64,000 nt of DNA from an uncultured Halobacteriales archaeon. Lineage in GTDB: Archaea > Halobacteriota > Halobacteria > Halobacteriales > Hikarchaeaceae. Numbering within the stretch: position 1 is the stretch's first letter; each line of letters begins with the position of its first letter. Of this stretch, positions 54,190 to 63,214 are shown piece by piece. Location: positions 14,175 through 78,174 of the forward strand of contig CAZKPC010000002.1 in NCBI GenBank assembly GCA_964554565.1. Direction: 5' to 3'. The position numbers and the translations under genes were made by a program. The notes beneath the pieces are model-generated. The model was not told where the DNA came from. It made no database searches and saw only the letters and a program-made list of their open reading frames with translations.

Positions 54190-54579
54190 TCAACACTCCT
54201 CGGCGATGACGGCGGCCGTCCGATCCGGGTCGACGGTGATCATTTCGCACGTGTCGTCACAGCCACACTCGATCACCTCGACCTCGTGTTCGAGCTCGCT
54301 GAGGACGCCGACGAACCGTTCACCGGCGGGAGTTAGCTCGTACCGGGTCGAGGGCGGAGAGGTGGCCTCGACGTGTCTGTCGACGAGGCCGACACACTCG
54401 AGCTCGGTCAGTCGCTCCGAGAGGGTCTTCGCCGTGGGACCGTCGAGGGCTCGGCGGAGCTCGTTGAACCCCTTCGACTCGGCCGCGAGCAAGCGGAGAA
54501 CGTGGACCCCCCATTTCCGTCCCAACGCTTGGTTCAGCCCGTCCCAGAGGGCCCGCCAATCCCGCGGGAGTTCCTGCAT
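54190..54579 (-). CDS. HxlR-family transcriptional regulator with a Cys-rich C-terminal extension
   Basis: LGRKWGVHVLRLLAAESKGFNELRRALDGPTAKTLSERLTELECVGLVDRHV...YELTPAG, then EVIECGCDDTCEMITVDPDRTAAVIAEEC. Start taken as the ATG at 54579 (ORF-track GTG at 54630). Confidence 0.8.
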   Translation of the reverse strand: MQELPRDWRALWDGLNQALGRKWGVHVLRLLAAESKGFNELRRALDGPTAKTLSERLTELECVGLVDRHVEATSPPSTRYELTPAGERFVGVLSELEHEVEVIECGCDDTCEMITVDPDRTAAVIAEEC

Positions 54580-54640
54580 GCCTCGCTGCTTAGCTAAGAA
54601 CACATGAAAACCCACTCGGTAACTTTCCACGGAGAAACCA

Positions 54641-54670
54641 CCTAATTATAAATAAACTGATTATTATATA
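54641..54670. promoter_or_regulatory. bidirectional AT-rich TATA region between the HxlR gene and the Cys-rich small ORF
   Basis: cctaattataaataaactgattattatata. The right-hand ttattatata lies 28-37 nt upstream of the ATG at 54698. The left-hand taattataaata faces the HxlR gene. Confidence 0.5.
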
Positions 54671-54697
54671 GGGGTCGCGGTCCTCCTCTCGACCGCG

Positions 54698-54856
54698 ATG
54701 TCGGATCCCGACGTCGACGCGATCGACCCGGAATCGCTCCAGGAACTGTGCGAGCCAACCGTCGAAATCCCGGCGGTACTGCTGCTCGCCGCCTGCGGCT
54801 GTTGTTGTACATGGGGCGGGCCGAACCAGGGGGCTCCCGGGATGCGTTGCTGCTGA
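54698..54856 (+). CDS. 52-aa Cys-rich microprotein candidate (not in the ORF track)
   Basis: Own translation: [52 protein letters not shown]. It has 7 Cys, 6 of them in the last 20 residues. Acidic N-terminus, mostly G/C third positions, leaderless-type TATA spacing. Confidence 0.35.
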   Translation: MSDPDVDAIDPESLQELCEPTVEIPAVLLLAACGCCCTWGGPNQGAPGMRCC

Positions 54857-54986
54857 TCCCAGCGCCGGCGCTCTCCGATCGGCCACAACGCTCCTCCGAG
54901 CGACGTCCTGCGTCCCGCTAGCAAGCTCCGATCCGGCCGTCCTCGGATTGACAACCGTTAAACCGCCCGACGGCCCAAAGGGAACC

Positions 54987-55163
54987 ATGAGCGAATCGGC
55001 CCAACGAGCCCGCAGCTGCGTGTCCTGTGGGATCAGTATCTCCGGGACCGCCGCGGCGTCCTTCGACTGTCCGGACTGTGGGCAAGCCATCTCCCGCTGC
55101 GCGAAGTGTCGGAAGCAGAGCAACCTCTACGAGTGTCCGAACTGCGGCTTCACGGGCCCCTGA
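54987..55163 (+). CDS. HVO_2753-type small zinc-finger protein (four C(P)xCG-like motifs)
   Basis: [58 protein letters not shown]. Closely resembles my memory of Haloferax HVO_2753. Located just upstream of EF-1beta. Confidence 0.8.
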   Translation: MSESAQRARSCVSCGISISGTAAASFDCPDCGQAISRCAKCRKQSNLYECPNCGFTGP

Positions 55164-55165
55164 AC

Positions 55166-55432
55166 ATGGCCAAGGTCGCGGCCACCCTCAAGGTCATGCC
55201 GAACAGCCCGGAGCTCGATCTCGACGCGCTCGAGGAGCGCCTCTCGAACGCGCTGCCCGAAGGGGCGAAGATCAATAACGTCGAGCGCGAGGACGTCGCG
55301 TTCGGCCTGATCGCGCTGCTGCCGACCGTGTTGATCCCGGACGACACCGGCGGCACCGATGTCGTCGAGGAGGCGTTCGGCGACGTCGAAGGCGTCGAGA
55401 GCGTCGGGGTCGAGAACGTCACGCGGATCTGA
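55166..55432 (+). CDS. translation elongation factor 1-beta
   Basis: [60 protein letters not shown]... Confidence 0.9.
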   Translation: MAKVAATLKVMPNSPELDLDALEERLSNALPEGAKINNVEREDVAFGLIALLPTVLIPDDTGGTDVVEEAFGDVEGVESVGVENVTRI

Positions 55433-55483
55433 CGCCCGAACGGGATCCTCCGACGCCTGTTGGCTGGCTCCTCGGCCGCGCCG

Positions 55484-56644
55484 TCAGGTGAACGCGGCGT
55501 CGAAGGCCCGCTGGAGGTCCGCTTGGAGGTCCTCCAGGGTTTCCAACCCGACGCTCACGCGGATCAGGCCGTCCGTGAGCCCGGCGGCAAGCCGCTCCTC
55601 GCGTGGAATGGAAGCATGCGTCATAGCGGCGGGCTGTTCGATGAGGCTCTCGACGCCGCCGAGGCTCTCGGCCAGGGTGAACACCTCGGTTTCGCTGACG
55701 ACGCGGCTGGCGGCTTCGAGACCCCCGTTCAGCTCGAAACTCAGCATCCCGCCGAAGTCTGCCATCTGGCGGGCGGCGAGCTCGTGGCCGGGATGGTCCT
55801 CCAGGCCGGGATAGTAGACCTCGTCGACGGCCCCGTGCTCGTCAAGCCATGTAGCCAAGGCCCTCGCGAGCTGGCAGTGCCGATCCATCCGCGGCGGGAG
55901 CGTCTTCGTACCCCGGAGCACCAGGAAGCAGCCGAACGGATCGGGGGTCGCTCCGACCGCGTTCTGGGAGAACGCGAGCCGCTCGTCGAGCGTCGGATCG
56001 TCGGTGATCAATGCACCCCCAACGACGTCCGAGTGTCCGCCGAGGTACTTGGTCAGCGAGTGACAGACGATGTCGGCCCCGTAAGCCAGGGGTTGCTGCA
56101 AGTACGGCGTAGCGAAGGTGTTGTCGACGGCACAGAGGGCATCGTGGTCGTGGGCCACGTCGACTAGCGCTTCGATGTCGACGATCCGCATCAGCGGGTT
56201 CGTCGGCGTTTCGACCCAGACGAGTTCGGTCGCCGGGCCACAGGCTTCGGCGACGGCTGACGGATCAGTCGCGTCCACGTACGACACCGTGACGTCGTAC
56301 CGCTCGTAAACCTGCGAGAACAACCGGCGCGTCCCGCCGTAGACGTCGTCGCCACAGACGATGTGATCACCCGCGGAGAGCAGGTTGCAGACGGCGTTGA
56401 TGGCGGCCATCCCGCTGGCGAAGGCCCGAGCGAAGCTGCCGCCCTCGAGACTGGCGAGGTTGTCCTCGAGCGCCGCCCGCGTCGGGTTGCCCGTCCGCGA
56501 GTATTCGTACCCGCGGTCCTCGCCCGGCGCGTCCTGGGCGTACGTCGAGGTGGCGTAAATGGGCGGCATCACGGCGCCGGTCCGGGGATCGGGCGGCTGG
56601 CCGGCGTGAACGCTGCGCGTTTCGAACCCGTGCTCGTCACGCAT
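55484..56644 (-). CDS. PLP-dependent Cys/Met-metabolism enzyme (cystathionine gamma-synthase/lyase family)
   Basis: FETRSVHAGQPPDPRTGAVMPPIYATSTY...HSLTKYLGGHSDV (PLP lysine). Start trimmed to the ATG at 56644. Confidence 0.9.
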   Translation of the reverse strand: MRDEHGFETRSVHAGQPPDPRTGAVMPPIYATSTYAQDAPGEDRGYEYSRTGNPTRAALEDNLASLEGGSFARAFASGMAAINAVCNLLSAGDHIVCGDDVYGGTRRLFSQVYERYDVTVSYVDATDPSAVAEACGPATELVWVETPTNPLMRIVDIEALVDVAHDHDALCAVDNTFATPYLQQPLAYGADIVCHSLTKYLGGHSDVVGGALITDDPTLDERLAFSQNAVGATPDPFGCFLVLRGTKTLPPRMDRHCQLARALATWLDEHGAVDEVYYPGLEDHPGHELAARQMADFGGMLSFELNGGLEAASRVVSETEVFTLAESLGGVESLIEQPAAMTHASIPREERLAAGLTDGLIRVSVGLETLEDLQADLQRAFDAAFT

Positions 56645-56774
56645 GGTCCGGTGTGTGCCTGGGCGGGCCTTAACCTGCCGGGCCACGCGCCGCTCCGAGA
56701 TCACTTCGAGCCCGCGACGCGGGGGCCAGAGTCCAGACCCGGCACGTAATAGGCCAGGAGGCCCACGTTGAACC

Positions 56775-57203
56775 ATGGCGGAGTCGGCTGGTGATGCGGT
56801 CTACGTCGCGGCGGATCTGCTCGAGGCGCTGTGTGAGCTCGCCGCGGAGCGTGATCCCGATCGGGTGTCGGTTCCGCTGGGCGTGACCCCGCCGGACCGT
56901 CTCGAGGGAGCGGAACCGGCGGACGGCCCCGTCTTCACGCATTTCTACCTGCCGGACACCGGCCGCTCGGTGCGGGCGGTCTTCGGCGTCGATCTCGGGA
57001 CGCCATCCGGCTCGACACCCGGGATCTTCCACGGTCACGCGGACGGGCGTCGTGAACTCACGAAACGGGACGAGCTGCGGCAAGTGTGCTTCGTCGCGGT
57101 GCCACCCTGGGAGCCAACGGAGGTCGTGGCCTTCGATCGGCGGGGCCGTCGGCGACCGCTCCACGCCCTCGACGTCACGGTCCCCGAAGAGTCGGTGCCT
57201 TAA
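56775..57203 (+). CDS. hypothetical protein with a JAMM/MPN+-like metal-binding motif
   Basis: 142 aa. FHGHADGRRELTKRD fits HxHx7[S/T]xxD with Thr in place of Ser. The functional call is tentative. Confidence 0.55.
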   Translation: MAESAGDAVYVAADLLEALCELAAERDPDRVSVPLGVTPPDRLEGAEPADGPVFTHFYLPDTGRSVRAVFGVDLGTPSGSTPGIFHGHADGRRELTKRDELRQVCFVAVPPWEPTEVVAFDRRGRRRPLHALDVTVPEESVP

Positions 57204-57275
57204 CCCCCCGTGTGGGATTCGGGCGCCCGGAACGAGTGGTTTATGTGCGCCTGCGAGCAAAACTGGTCAATAACA

Positions 57276-57563
57276 ATGCCCAATTCCAAAGGTCCCCGGC
57301 AAGGATCGCGGGAGAAACTCTCCAATTCGCCGCGGGAGCGGGGCACGTCGCCGCCCCAGCGAGCAGTCCAGGAGTTCGAACCCGGCGAATCCGTCCATCT
57401 GAAGCTGGATCCAAGCGTCGCTGACGGCCGGTTTCATCCGCGGTTCAACGGCCATACCGGCGAGATCATCGACGAGCAGGGCGCCGCGTACCGGATCGAA
57501 ATCACCGACCGGGGCAAAACGAAGACCGTCATCGCCAAACCCGCCCATCTCCGGCGGCAGTAA
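57276..57563 (+). CDS. rpl21e: 50S ribosomal protein L21e
   Basis: [47 protein letters not shown]...[13 protein letters not shown]. Confidence 0.95.
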   Translation: MPNSKGPRQGSREKLSNSPRERGTSPPQRAVQEFEPGESVHLKLDPSVADGRFHPRFNGHTGEIIDEQGAAYRIEITDRGKTKTVIAKPAHLRRQ

Positions 57564-57715
57564 CCCCCGCTGCCCGATCGGTCACGCGACACGCTGGTAG
57601 TCGGCTCAGCCCCTTTCGAAAGCCATTTGCGCGTGCACGGATTGGGAGCATCAACGACGATGGGGTCCCGCATTCCTTCAACCGGTTTAAGTGAACAGCC
57701 GATCTCAGTCGACCC

Positions 57716-58072
57716 ATGACCATCTTCAAGGAGACCCTCGACGAGGACTATTTGACCGTCGCCGAGGTGAAAGAGCTCCTCTCCGACATCGAAGAGGAGC
57801 GGGCGCTGGACGAGGACCGCGAGCTGCCGTACGAACTCGCCCGCACGATCGACCACGCCAACCGGTTCGCCGTCCTCGAGCCCGAGGAGTCCCGGGAACT
57901 CGTCGAGGAACTCGAGGGGGTCGAGAAAGTCGACGAACAGACCGCCTACAAGATCGCCGACCTGCTCCCCCGCTCCCGGGACGAGTTGCGGGCCGTGTTC
58001 GCCCAGCAGCGCTATTCGCTCGACGGTGACGAGCTGGACGAGATCCTGGACATCGTCGCACAATACGCCTAG
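57716..58072 (+). CDS. rpoF: DNA-directed RNA polymerase subunit F (Rpo4)
   Basis: 118 aa. YLTVAEVKELLSDIEEERALDEDRELPYELARTIDHANRF. Position is the conserved L21e-rpoF-DUF655-ksgA order. Confidence 0.85.
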   Translation: MTIFKETLDEDYLTVAEVKELLSDIEEERALDEDRELPYELARTIDHANRFAVLEPEESRELVEELEGVEKVDEQTAYKIADLLPRSRDELRAVFAQQRYSLDGDELDEILDIVAQYA

Positions 58073-58126
58073 ACTGGCCGCTATCGCCGCCGATTGTTTA
58101 AGGCAGTCCTCCGCCTATACGAGTTC

Positions 58127-58693
58127 ATGAGCGTGGACGACGGGTCGGAGCCCCGCACCGCCGTGGTGTTGGACGTGCTGCCGCACGGCCGGCCGGACGA
58201 CGATCGGCCGCAGTATCAGAAGTCCCCGCTCGCCGAGGCGATCGAGACGTCCACCTTCCGCCTGCTGGAACTCGTGCTCAACGACGGAGGCAACCTGACC
58301 ATCGCTGACGAGGTCAGGGTGGACCCGCCGGAGCCATCTGTCGAGGTCGCTCGGGACATGGCGTACGAGGACCTCTCCGGCGGGGCTCGTTCGGAGCTCG
58401 AACACGTGGTCAACGAGGTGGTCGAGGCCGAGGAGGACCGGTTCGTCGAGTTCTACAACGAGGCCGGTCCGGTGACGGTCCGGCTTCACCAGCTCAACCT
58501 GCTCCCGGGGGTTGGCGACAAACTCCGTGACAATATTCTCGACGCCCGCAAACGCCAGCCCTTCGGGAGCCTCGAAGATCTCGACGAACGCGTCTCCGGG
58601 CTGCACGATCCGAAAGGGACCATCGTGGAGCGGATCCTCGAAGAGCTGCGGGACGAGGACGTGAAGTACAAGCTCTTCGTCAGCCAACAGTGA
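58127..58693 (+). CDS. DUF655-family RNA-binding protein
   Basis: AVVLDVLPHGRPDDDRPQYQKSPLAEAIETSTFRLLELVL...HQLNLLPGVGDKL (HhH). Confidence 0.8.
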   Translation: MSVDDGSEPRTAVVLDVLPHGRPDDDRPQYQKSPLAEAIETSTFRLLELVLNDGGNLTIADEVRVDPPEPSVEVARDMAYEDLSGGARSELEHVVNEVVEAEEDRFVEFYNEAGPVTVRLHQLNLLPGVGDKLRDNILDARKRQPFGSLEDLDERVSGLHDPKGTIVERILEELRDEDVKYKLFVSQQ

Positions 58694-59598
58694 CTTTACG
58701 GCGCGGCCAGGGGTACGCGTCGTCCATGAACGGGTCCGGCCCAACCGATCCGACCACGCCCTCGGATGGCGAACGGGATCCGGCCGGACTCCTGGAGAGA
58801 TCGGGCGCGGCCGGTGATCCGCGGCTCGATCAACACTTCCTGCTGGACGGCCGTGTGTTGGACCGCATCGCCGGGTACGCCGAGCCGCTCGACCGGACGC
58901 ACGTGCTCGAAATCGGCGCAGGCACCGGCGGGCTCACCGACCGGCTGCTGGCCCGGAGCGACACGGTCACCGCGATCGAGCGTGACAGCGGCCTGGCTGC
59001 GTTCCTCCAACAGGAGTTCACCAGTGCGATCAAAGCCGACCGGCTCACGGTAATCGAGGGCGACGCGCTCGCGGTCGACTGGCCGCCGTTCACTGCCTGC
59101 GTCTCCAACCTGCCGTACGGCGCCGCGAGCGAGCTGCTGTTCAGACTGCTGCCGCTGCACCGACCGCTGGTCCTCCTGGTCCAGCGGGAGTTCGCCGACC
59201 GGCTGATCGCTGCGCCGGGGACCGATGACTACGGGCGGCTCTCGGTGACAGCTGGCCACTTCGCCGACATCGAGCGCCTCGAGATCGTCCCGCCGTCGGT
59301 GTTCCAGCCCGAACCGCCAGTCGAGAGCGCCGTGGTCCGGACACGGCCGCGGGACCCGGAGTACGCGGTTCCCGATTCCGACCGCTTCCTCGACTTCGTG
59401 ACAGCGGTGTTCACCCAACGTCGGAAGACGATGCGAAACGCGATCCGCAACACCGCTCATGTCTCGGAACTCGCCGATCCTGACGCCGTTGTGGCGGCCG
59501 CCGATTCCGAGCTCATGTCCCGGCGACCCGAGCGATTGACGCCGGCCGACTTCGCGTCGATCTGCCGGCTCGCGAGCGAGCACGGAGGCTGGGACTGA
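58690..59598 (+). CDS. ksgA: 16S rRNA (adenine-N6,N6)-dimethyltransferase
   Basis: DQHFLLDGRVLDRI...VLEIGAGTGGLT...VSNLPYGAASELLF. The GTG at 58690 overlaps the upstream stop. An alternative start is the ATG at 58726. Confidence 0.9.
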   Translation: MTLRRGQGYASSMNGSGPTDPTTPSDGERDPAGLLERSGAAGDPRLDQHFLLDGRVLDRIAGYAEPLDRTHVLEIGAGTGGLTDRLLARSDTVTAIERDSGLAAFLQQEFTSAIKADRLTVIEGDALAVDWPPFTACVSNLPYGAASELLFRLLPLHRPLVLLVQREFADRLIAAPGTDDYGRLSVTAGHFADIERLEIVPPSVFQPEPPVESAVVRTRPRDPEYAVPDSDRFLDFVTAVFTQRRKTMRNAIRNTAHVSELADPDAVVAAADSELMSRRPERLTPADFASICRLASEHGGWD

Positions 59599-60710
59599 TG
59601 GCGGGCCATACCTTCGACTGGCTGCTCGGCGGCGTCACCTCATTCGAGGGCAAGGCGTTGGTCAGTCTCGTGCTGCTCGGGATCGTGGCCGTTGCCACGG
59701 TGTTCGCCAGAAAGCTCCGCATCCGGGCGGAATCGGCCGAGGCTACCCGGGCCCTCAACGCCGCGATCGCCGTCGGCCTCCTGGGGATCTTAGCGGTGGT
59801 CGGGTGGGTCTTCGTCGTCCTCTGGGAGCTCACCATCACGGGACTGTTCGGCAATCCCGCACTGCTTGCGACGCGGGTCACGGTGACGTTGGTTCTCGTG
59901 ATCGGGATCTATCTCGGGACCGGGGTCGTTCGGCGGGCGATTTACGAGTTCACCCAGCAGCAGACCTCCATCACGCAGCACCAGACAGAACTCATCTTCC
60001 GGATCACGCAGGTCAGCGTCTACACCCTGGGCACCGTCGTGATCCTCGGCCTCTGGGACGTCAACCTGGGCGGACTGCTCGTCGGCGCCGGCTTCCTGGG
60101 CATCGTCATCGGCCTGGCCGCCCGCCAGACCCTCGGGTCGCTCATCGCCGGGTTCGTGCTGATGTTCGCGCGCCCGTTCGAGATCGGCGATTGGGTGGCG
60201 ATCGGGGAAAACGAGGGGATCGTGACCGAGATCACGATCGTCAACACCCGGATCCAGACGTTCGACGGAGAATACGCCATGCTGCCGAACGACTTCGTCG
60301 GCTCGAGTCAGATCATCAATCGGACGCGGAAGGGCCGCTTGCGGCTCCACGTGGGGGTCGGCGTGGACTATACCACCGACCTCGACCTGGCCCAATCGAC
60401 CGCGAAGGAAGCGTTGACAGAGGTCGATGAGGTGCTGACAGTGCCCCAGCCGGACGTCGTGCTCCAGGGCTTCGAGGACTCCGCGATCATGCTCGACTGC
60501 CGGTTCTGGATCGACAAACCCAGCGCGCGGCGCCGGTGGCGGGCCCAAACGGCCGTAGTGAAAGCGATCAAGGAAGCCTTCGACGAGGTCGGGATCAAGA
60601 TCCCGTTCCCTCAGCGGGAGTTGATGGGCCGCGAGGAGTCCGGCGGGTTCAAGCTGGGCTCGGAGCCGCCCGCCGGCATCGAGTCGCCCGAAACCCGGGA
60701 CGGCGAGTGA
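59598..60710 (+). CDS. mechanosensitive ion channel (MscS family)
   Basis: TM helices followed by LIAGFVLMFARPFEIGDWVAIGENEGIVTEITIVNTRIQTFDGEYAMLPN. Confidence 0.85.
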   Translation: MAGHTFDWLLGGVTSFEGKALVSLVLLGIVAVATVFARKLRIRAESAEATRALNAAIAVGLLGILAVVGWVFVVLWELTITGLFGNPALLATRVTVTLVLVIGIYLGTGVVRRAIYEFTQQQTSITQHQTELIFRITQVSVYTLGTVVILGLWDVNLGGLLVGAGFLGIVIGLAARQTLGSLIAGFVLMFARPFEIGDWVAIGENEGIVTEITIVNTRIQTFDGEYAMLPNDFVGSSQIINRTRKGRLRLHVGVGVDYTTDLDLAQSTAKEALTEVDEVLTVPQPDVVLQGFEDSAIMLDCRFWIDKPSARRRWRAQTAVVKAIKEAFDEVGIKIPFPQRELMGREESGGFKLGSEPPAGIESPETRDGE

Positions 60711-60758
60711 CCGGCCTCGGAACCCACGTTTATCTCGCCCGAGCGCTTACCACCGCTC

Positions 60759-62510
60759 ATGGCCGTTGATTACGCCCGGTTCGATCGCGGGCGGGGTCTG
60801 AACTTCTGGCACCATGACCCCGTGCTGCGGTCCGAGGTCGAACGCACGTACGCCGAGACCGACCTGGACTGGGCTGAACCTCGCTTGGAGGCCTTCGGCG
60901 CGCTCGTCGGCGAGACGGTCGCCGAAAACGCGGACCTCATCGATCAGCACGGTCCCGAGCTCAACACCTACGACCGACACGGCGAGGTCGTGAACGAGGT
61001 CAGCTACCATCCGGCCCAACTGGAGAACGAGCGCGCCGTGTACGAAGCGGGCGCCGTCGCCGACAGCTTCCGCGCCCCGCCCGAGCGGGAGGACCGGCTG
61101 CCGCTGCTGCACAATCTGGCCCACGATTACCTCCTGTCGTATGCGGATATCGGGCTGACCTGCCCCGTGGCGATGACGGCTGGTGCCGCCCTGGTGCTGG
61201 AGGAGTTCGATGACGGGAGCAACGCGGACTATCTCGAGCGGCTGGTCACGCGGGATTACGACGAGCTCCTCCAGGGCGCGATGTTCCTCACGGAGCAACA
61301 GGGCGGTTCCGACCTCGGCGTCACCGAAACCCTCGCGGCACCGGTTGACGGCGACGTCTACCGGCTCACCGGCGAGAAGTGGTTCTGTTCGAACCTGGAT
61401 GCCGGCGTGATTCTCACGCTGGCGCGCCGGCCCGAGGCCCCGGAGGGCACCGACGGGCTGTCGCTGTTCCTCGTGCCACGGACGACCCGAGAGGGCGACC
61501 GGAACCCGATGACCGCCCGGCGGCTCAAGGACAAGCTCGGGACCGTGAGCGTGCCGACCGGCGAGGTCGAGTTCGACGACACGGAGGGATACCTGATCGG
61601 GGAACCGGAGCGGGGCTTCCGATACATGGCCGAGATGCTCAACCTCGAACGGCTCTCCAACGCGTTCGGGGCCTGTGGGGCCATGGGCCGAGCCCTCCTG
61701 GAGAGCCGCATCAAGGCGGCCAACCGCGAGACGTTCGGCAAACGGCTCGATGAGCACCCGCTCATGCGGCGGGATCTGGTCGAACTGACGGTCGCCCACG
61801 AGGCCGCGACGGCGTTCACGTTCGATGCTGGCACCGCGTACGACGCGGCGGTCCGCGATGACGACGACGCGGCGTTTCGGCTCATGCGCGCCCTCGTCCC
61901 CATCGCCAAACACCGGACGGGTCGCTTGGTGGTCGACGTCGCCTCCTATGCGATGGAGATCCAGGGCGGCAATGGTTACGTCGCCGACTGGGTCACCCAC
62001 CGACTGCTCCGGGACGTGCAGGTGCTGCCGATCTGGGAAGGGACGTCGAACGTGCTCTCGCTGGACCTGCTCCGCGCGATGGCCAAGGAGGGCGCCCACG
62101 TAGCGGTGATGGACCGCCTCGAGACGTATCTGGAAGGGGTCACGCATCCGTTGCTATCGGACCTGCTCGAGGCCGTTCGAACAGCGGCCGACGAGCTTGA
62201 GGCCGCCTTCGAGACGCTGGCGGCCACTGATGAGGACTACGCCCAGCTGCAGGCCAAGACGTTGGCCGATCTCGTCTATGACGTCTACGCGGCCGCCTTG
62301 CTCCTGTCGGAGGCCCAGACGGAGCTCGAGAGCGGCGACGGCCGGAAGGCGTTGGTCGCCCGGCAGTTCGTCGATGACCAGCTCCGGGACCGGCCCGCCC
62401 GGGGGATCACGAGCGGTGACCGGCTGGCGGACGAGTGGTTCGACGCGATCGCACGGTTCGCGACCGTCGATCCGGCCCGCCTCGAGACCGCGATCGCGGC
62501 GGCTGACTGA
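60759..62510 (+). CDS. acyl-CoA dehydrogenase family protein (AidB-like, long form)
   Basis: 583 aa. FLTEQQGGSDLG...KWFCSN...IQGGNGYV...LPIWEGTSNV. Confidence 0.85.
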   Translation: MAVDYARFDRGRGLNFWHHDPVLRSEVERTYAETDLDWAEPRLEAFGALVGETVAENADLIDQHGPELNTYDRHGEVVNEVSYHPAQLENERAVYEAGAVADSFRAPPEREDRLPLLHNLAHDYLLSYADIGLTCPVAMTAGAALVLEEFDDGSNADYLERLVTRDYDELLQGAMFLTEQQGGSDLGVTETLAAPVDGDVYRLTGEKWFCSNLDAGVILTLARRPEAPEGTDGLSLFLVPRTTREGDRNPMTARRLKDKLGTVSVPTGEVEFDDTEGYLIGEPERGFRYMAEMLNLERLSNAFGACGAMGRALLESRIKAANRETFGKRLDEHPLMRRDLVELTVAHEAATAFTFDAGTAYDAAVRDDDDAAFRLMRALVPIAKHRTGRLVVDVASYAMEIQGGNGYVADWVTHRLLRDVQVLPIWEGTSNVLSLDLLRAMAKEGAHVAVMDRLETYLEGVTHPLLSDLLEAVRTAADELEAAFETLAATDEDYAQLQAKTLADLVYDVYAAALLLSEAQTELESGDGRKALVARQFVDDQLRDRPARGITSGDRLADEWFDAIARFATVDPARLETAIAAAD

Positions 62511-62513
62511 GCC

Positions 62514-63119
62514 GTGGTCGCCGACGAGCCGGACGACACCGCGTCGCTCGGCGACCTTCGCGGCCGAGACGATGCCGTCTACGAACCGGCCGAGGACTCC
62601 GCGGTCCTCGCCGGGGAAGTGGTCGCGGACCTCGCCGAAGCCGAGCCCGGCACCGTCCTCGACGTGGGCACGGGGAGCGGATACATCGGCGCCAAGGTGG
62701 CCGCGGCGACGGACGCCAGGGTCATCGGGCTCGACGTGAACCCTGCGGCGTGTCGGCGGGCGAGGGAAGCCGGGCTGGAGGCGGTCCGTGGCGACCTCAC
62801 GGCCCCCTTCGCGGCCGACACGTTCGATGTCGTGGTGTTCAATCCGCCCTATCTCCCGGCCATGTCCGAGGCTGACTGGGCGGAGTGGTTCGAGGTCGCA
62901 GTCACGGGTGGGCCGTCCGGGCGGGAACTCATTGATCGGTTCCTCGAGTCCGTCGAACGGGTACTGACCGTGGGGGGCGCCGTCTACCTGCTCGTGAGTA
63001 GTTTGAGCGGCGTGGATTCCGTCGTCGAAACCGCGGCGGACGCCGGCTTCAGTGCGGCGGCCCTCGACGACGCGGCGTTCGCCGGGGAAACCCTGACCGT
63101 CCTCAAGCTGGTCCGGTAG
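62514..63119 (+). CDS. HemK/Mtq2-like N5-glutamine methyltransferase
   Basis: VLDVGTGSGYIG (motif I) and VVFNPPY (NPPY). GTG start. Confidence 0.8.
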   Translation: MVADEPDDTASLGDLRGRDDAVYEPAEDSAVLAGEVVADLAEAEPGTVLDVGTGSGYIGAKVAAATDARVIGLDVNPAACRRAREAGLEAVRGDLTAPFAADTFDVVVFNPPYLPAMSEADWAEWFEVAVTGGPSGRELIDRFLESVERVLTVGGAVYLLVSSLSGVDSVVETAADAGFSAAALDDAAFAGETLTVLKLVR

Positions 63120-63180
63120 CGGGACCGAAAGCGTACGGATCGTCGAGTTCTTATTACTATAATGTATAGAAGTGAGTAGT

Positions 63181-63190
63181 AATTATTATA
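63181..63190 (+). promoter_or_regulatory. TATA box for the MetE-like gene
   Basis: aattattata lies 25-34 nt upstream of the ATG at 63215, inside an AT-rich patch at 63149-63200. Confidence 0.5.
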
Positions 63191-63214
63191 CTGATGCATG
63201 TCTTTAGCCCGAAT

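Noticed and set aside
60747-62147. 466-aa minus-strand ORF
   Set aside because: It is antisense to the acyl-CoA dehydrogenase gene and has shadow-ORF composition.
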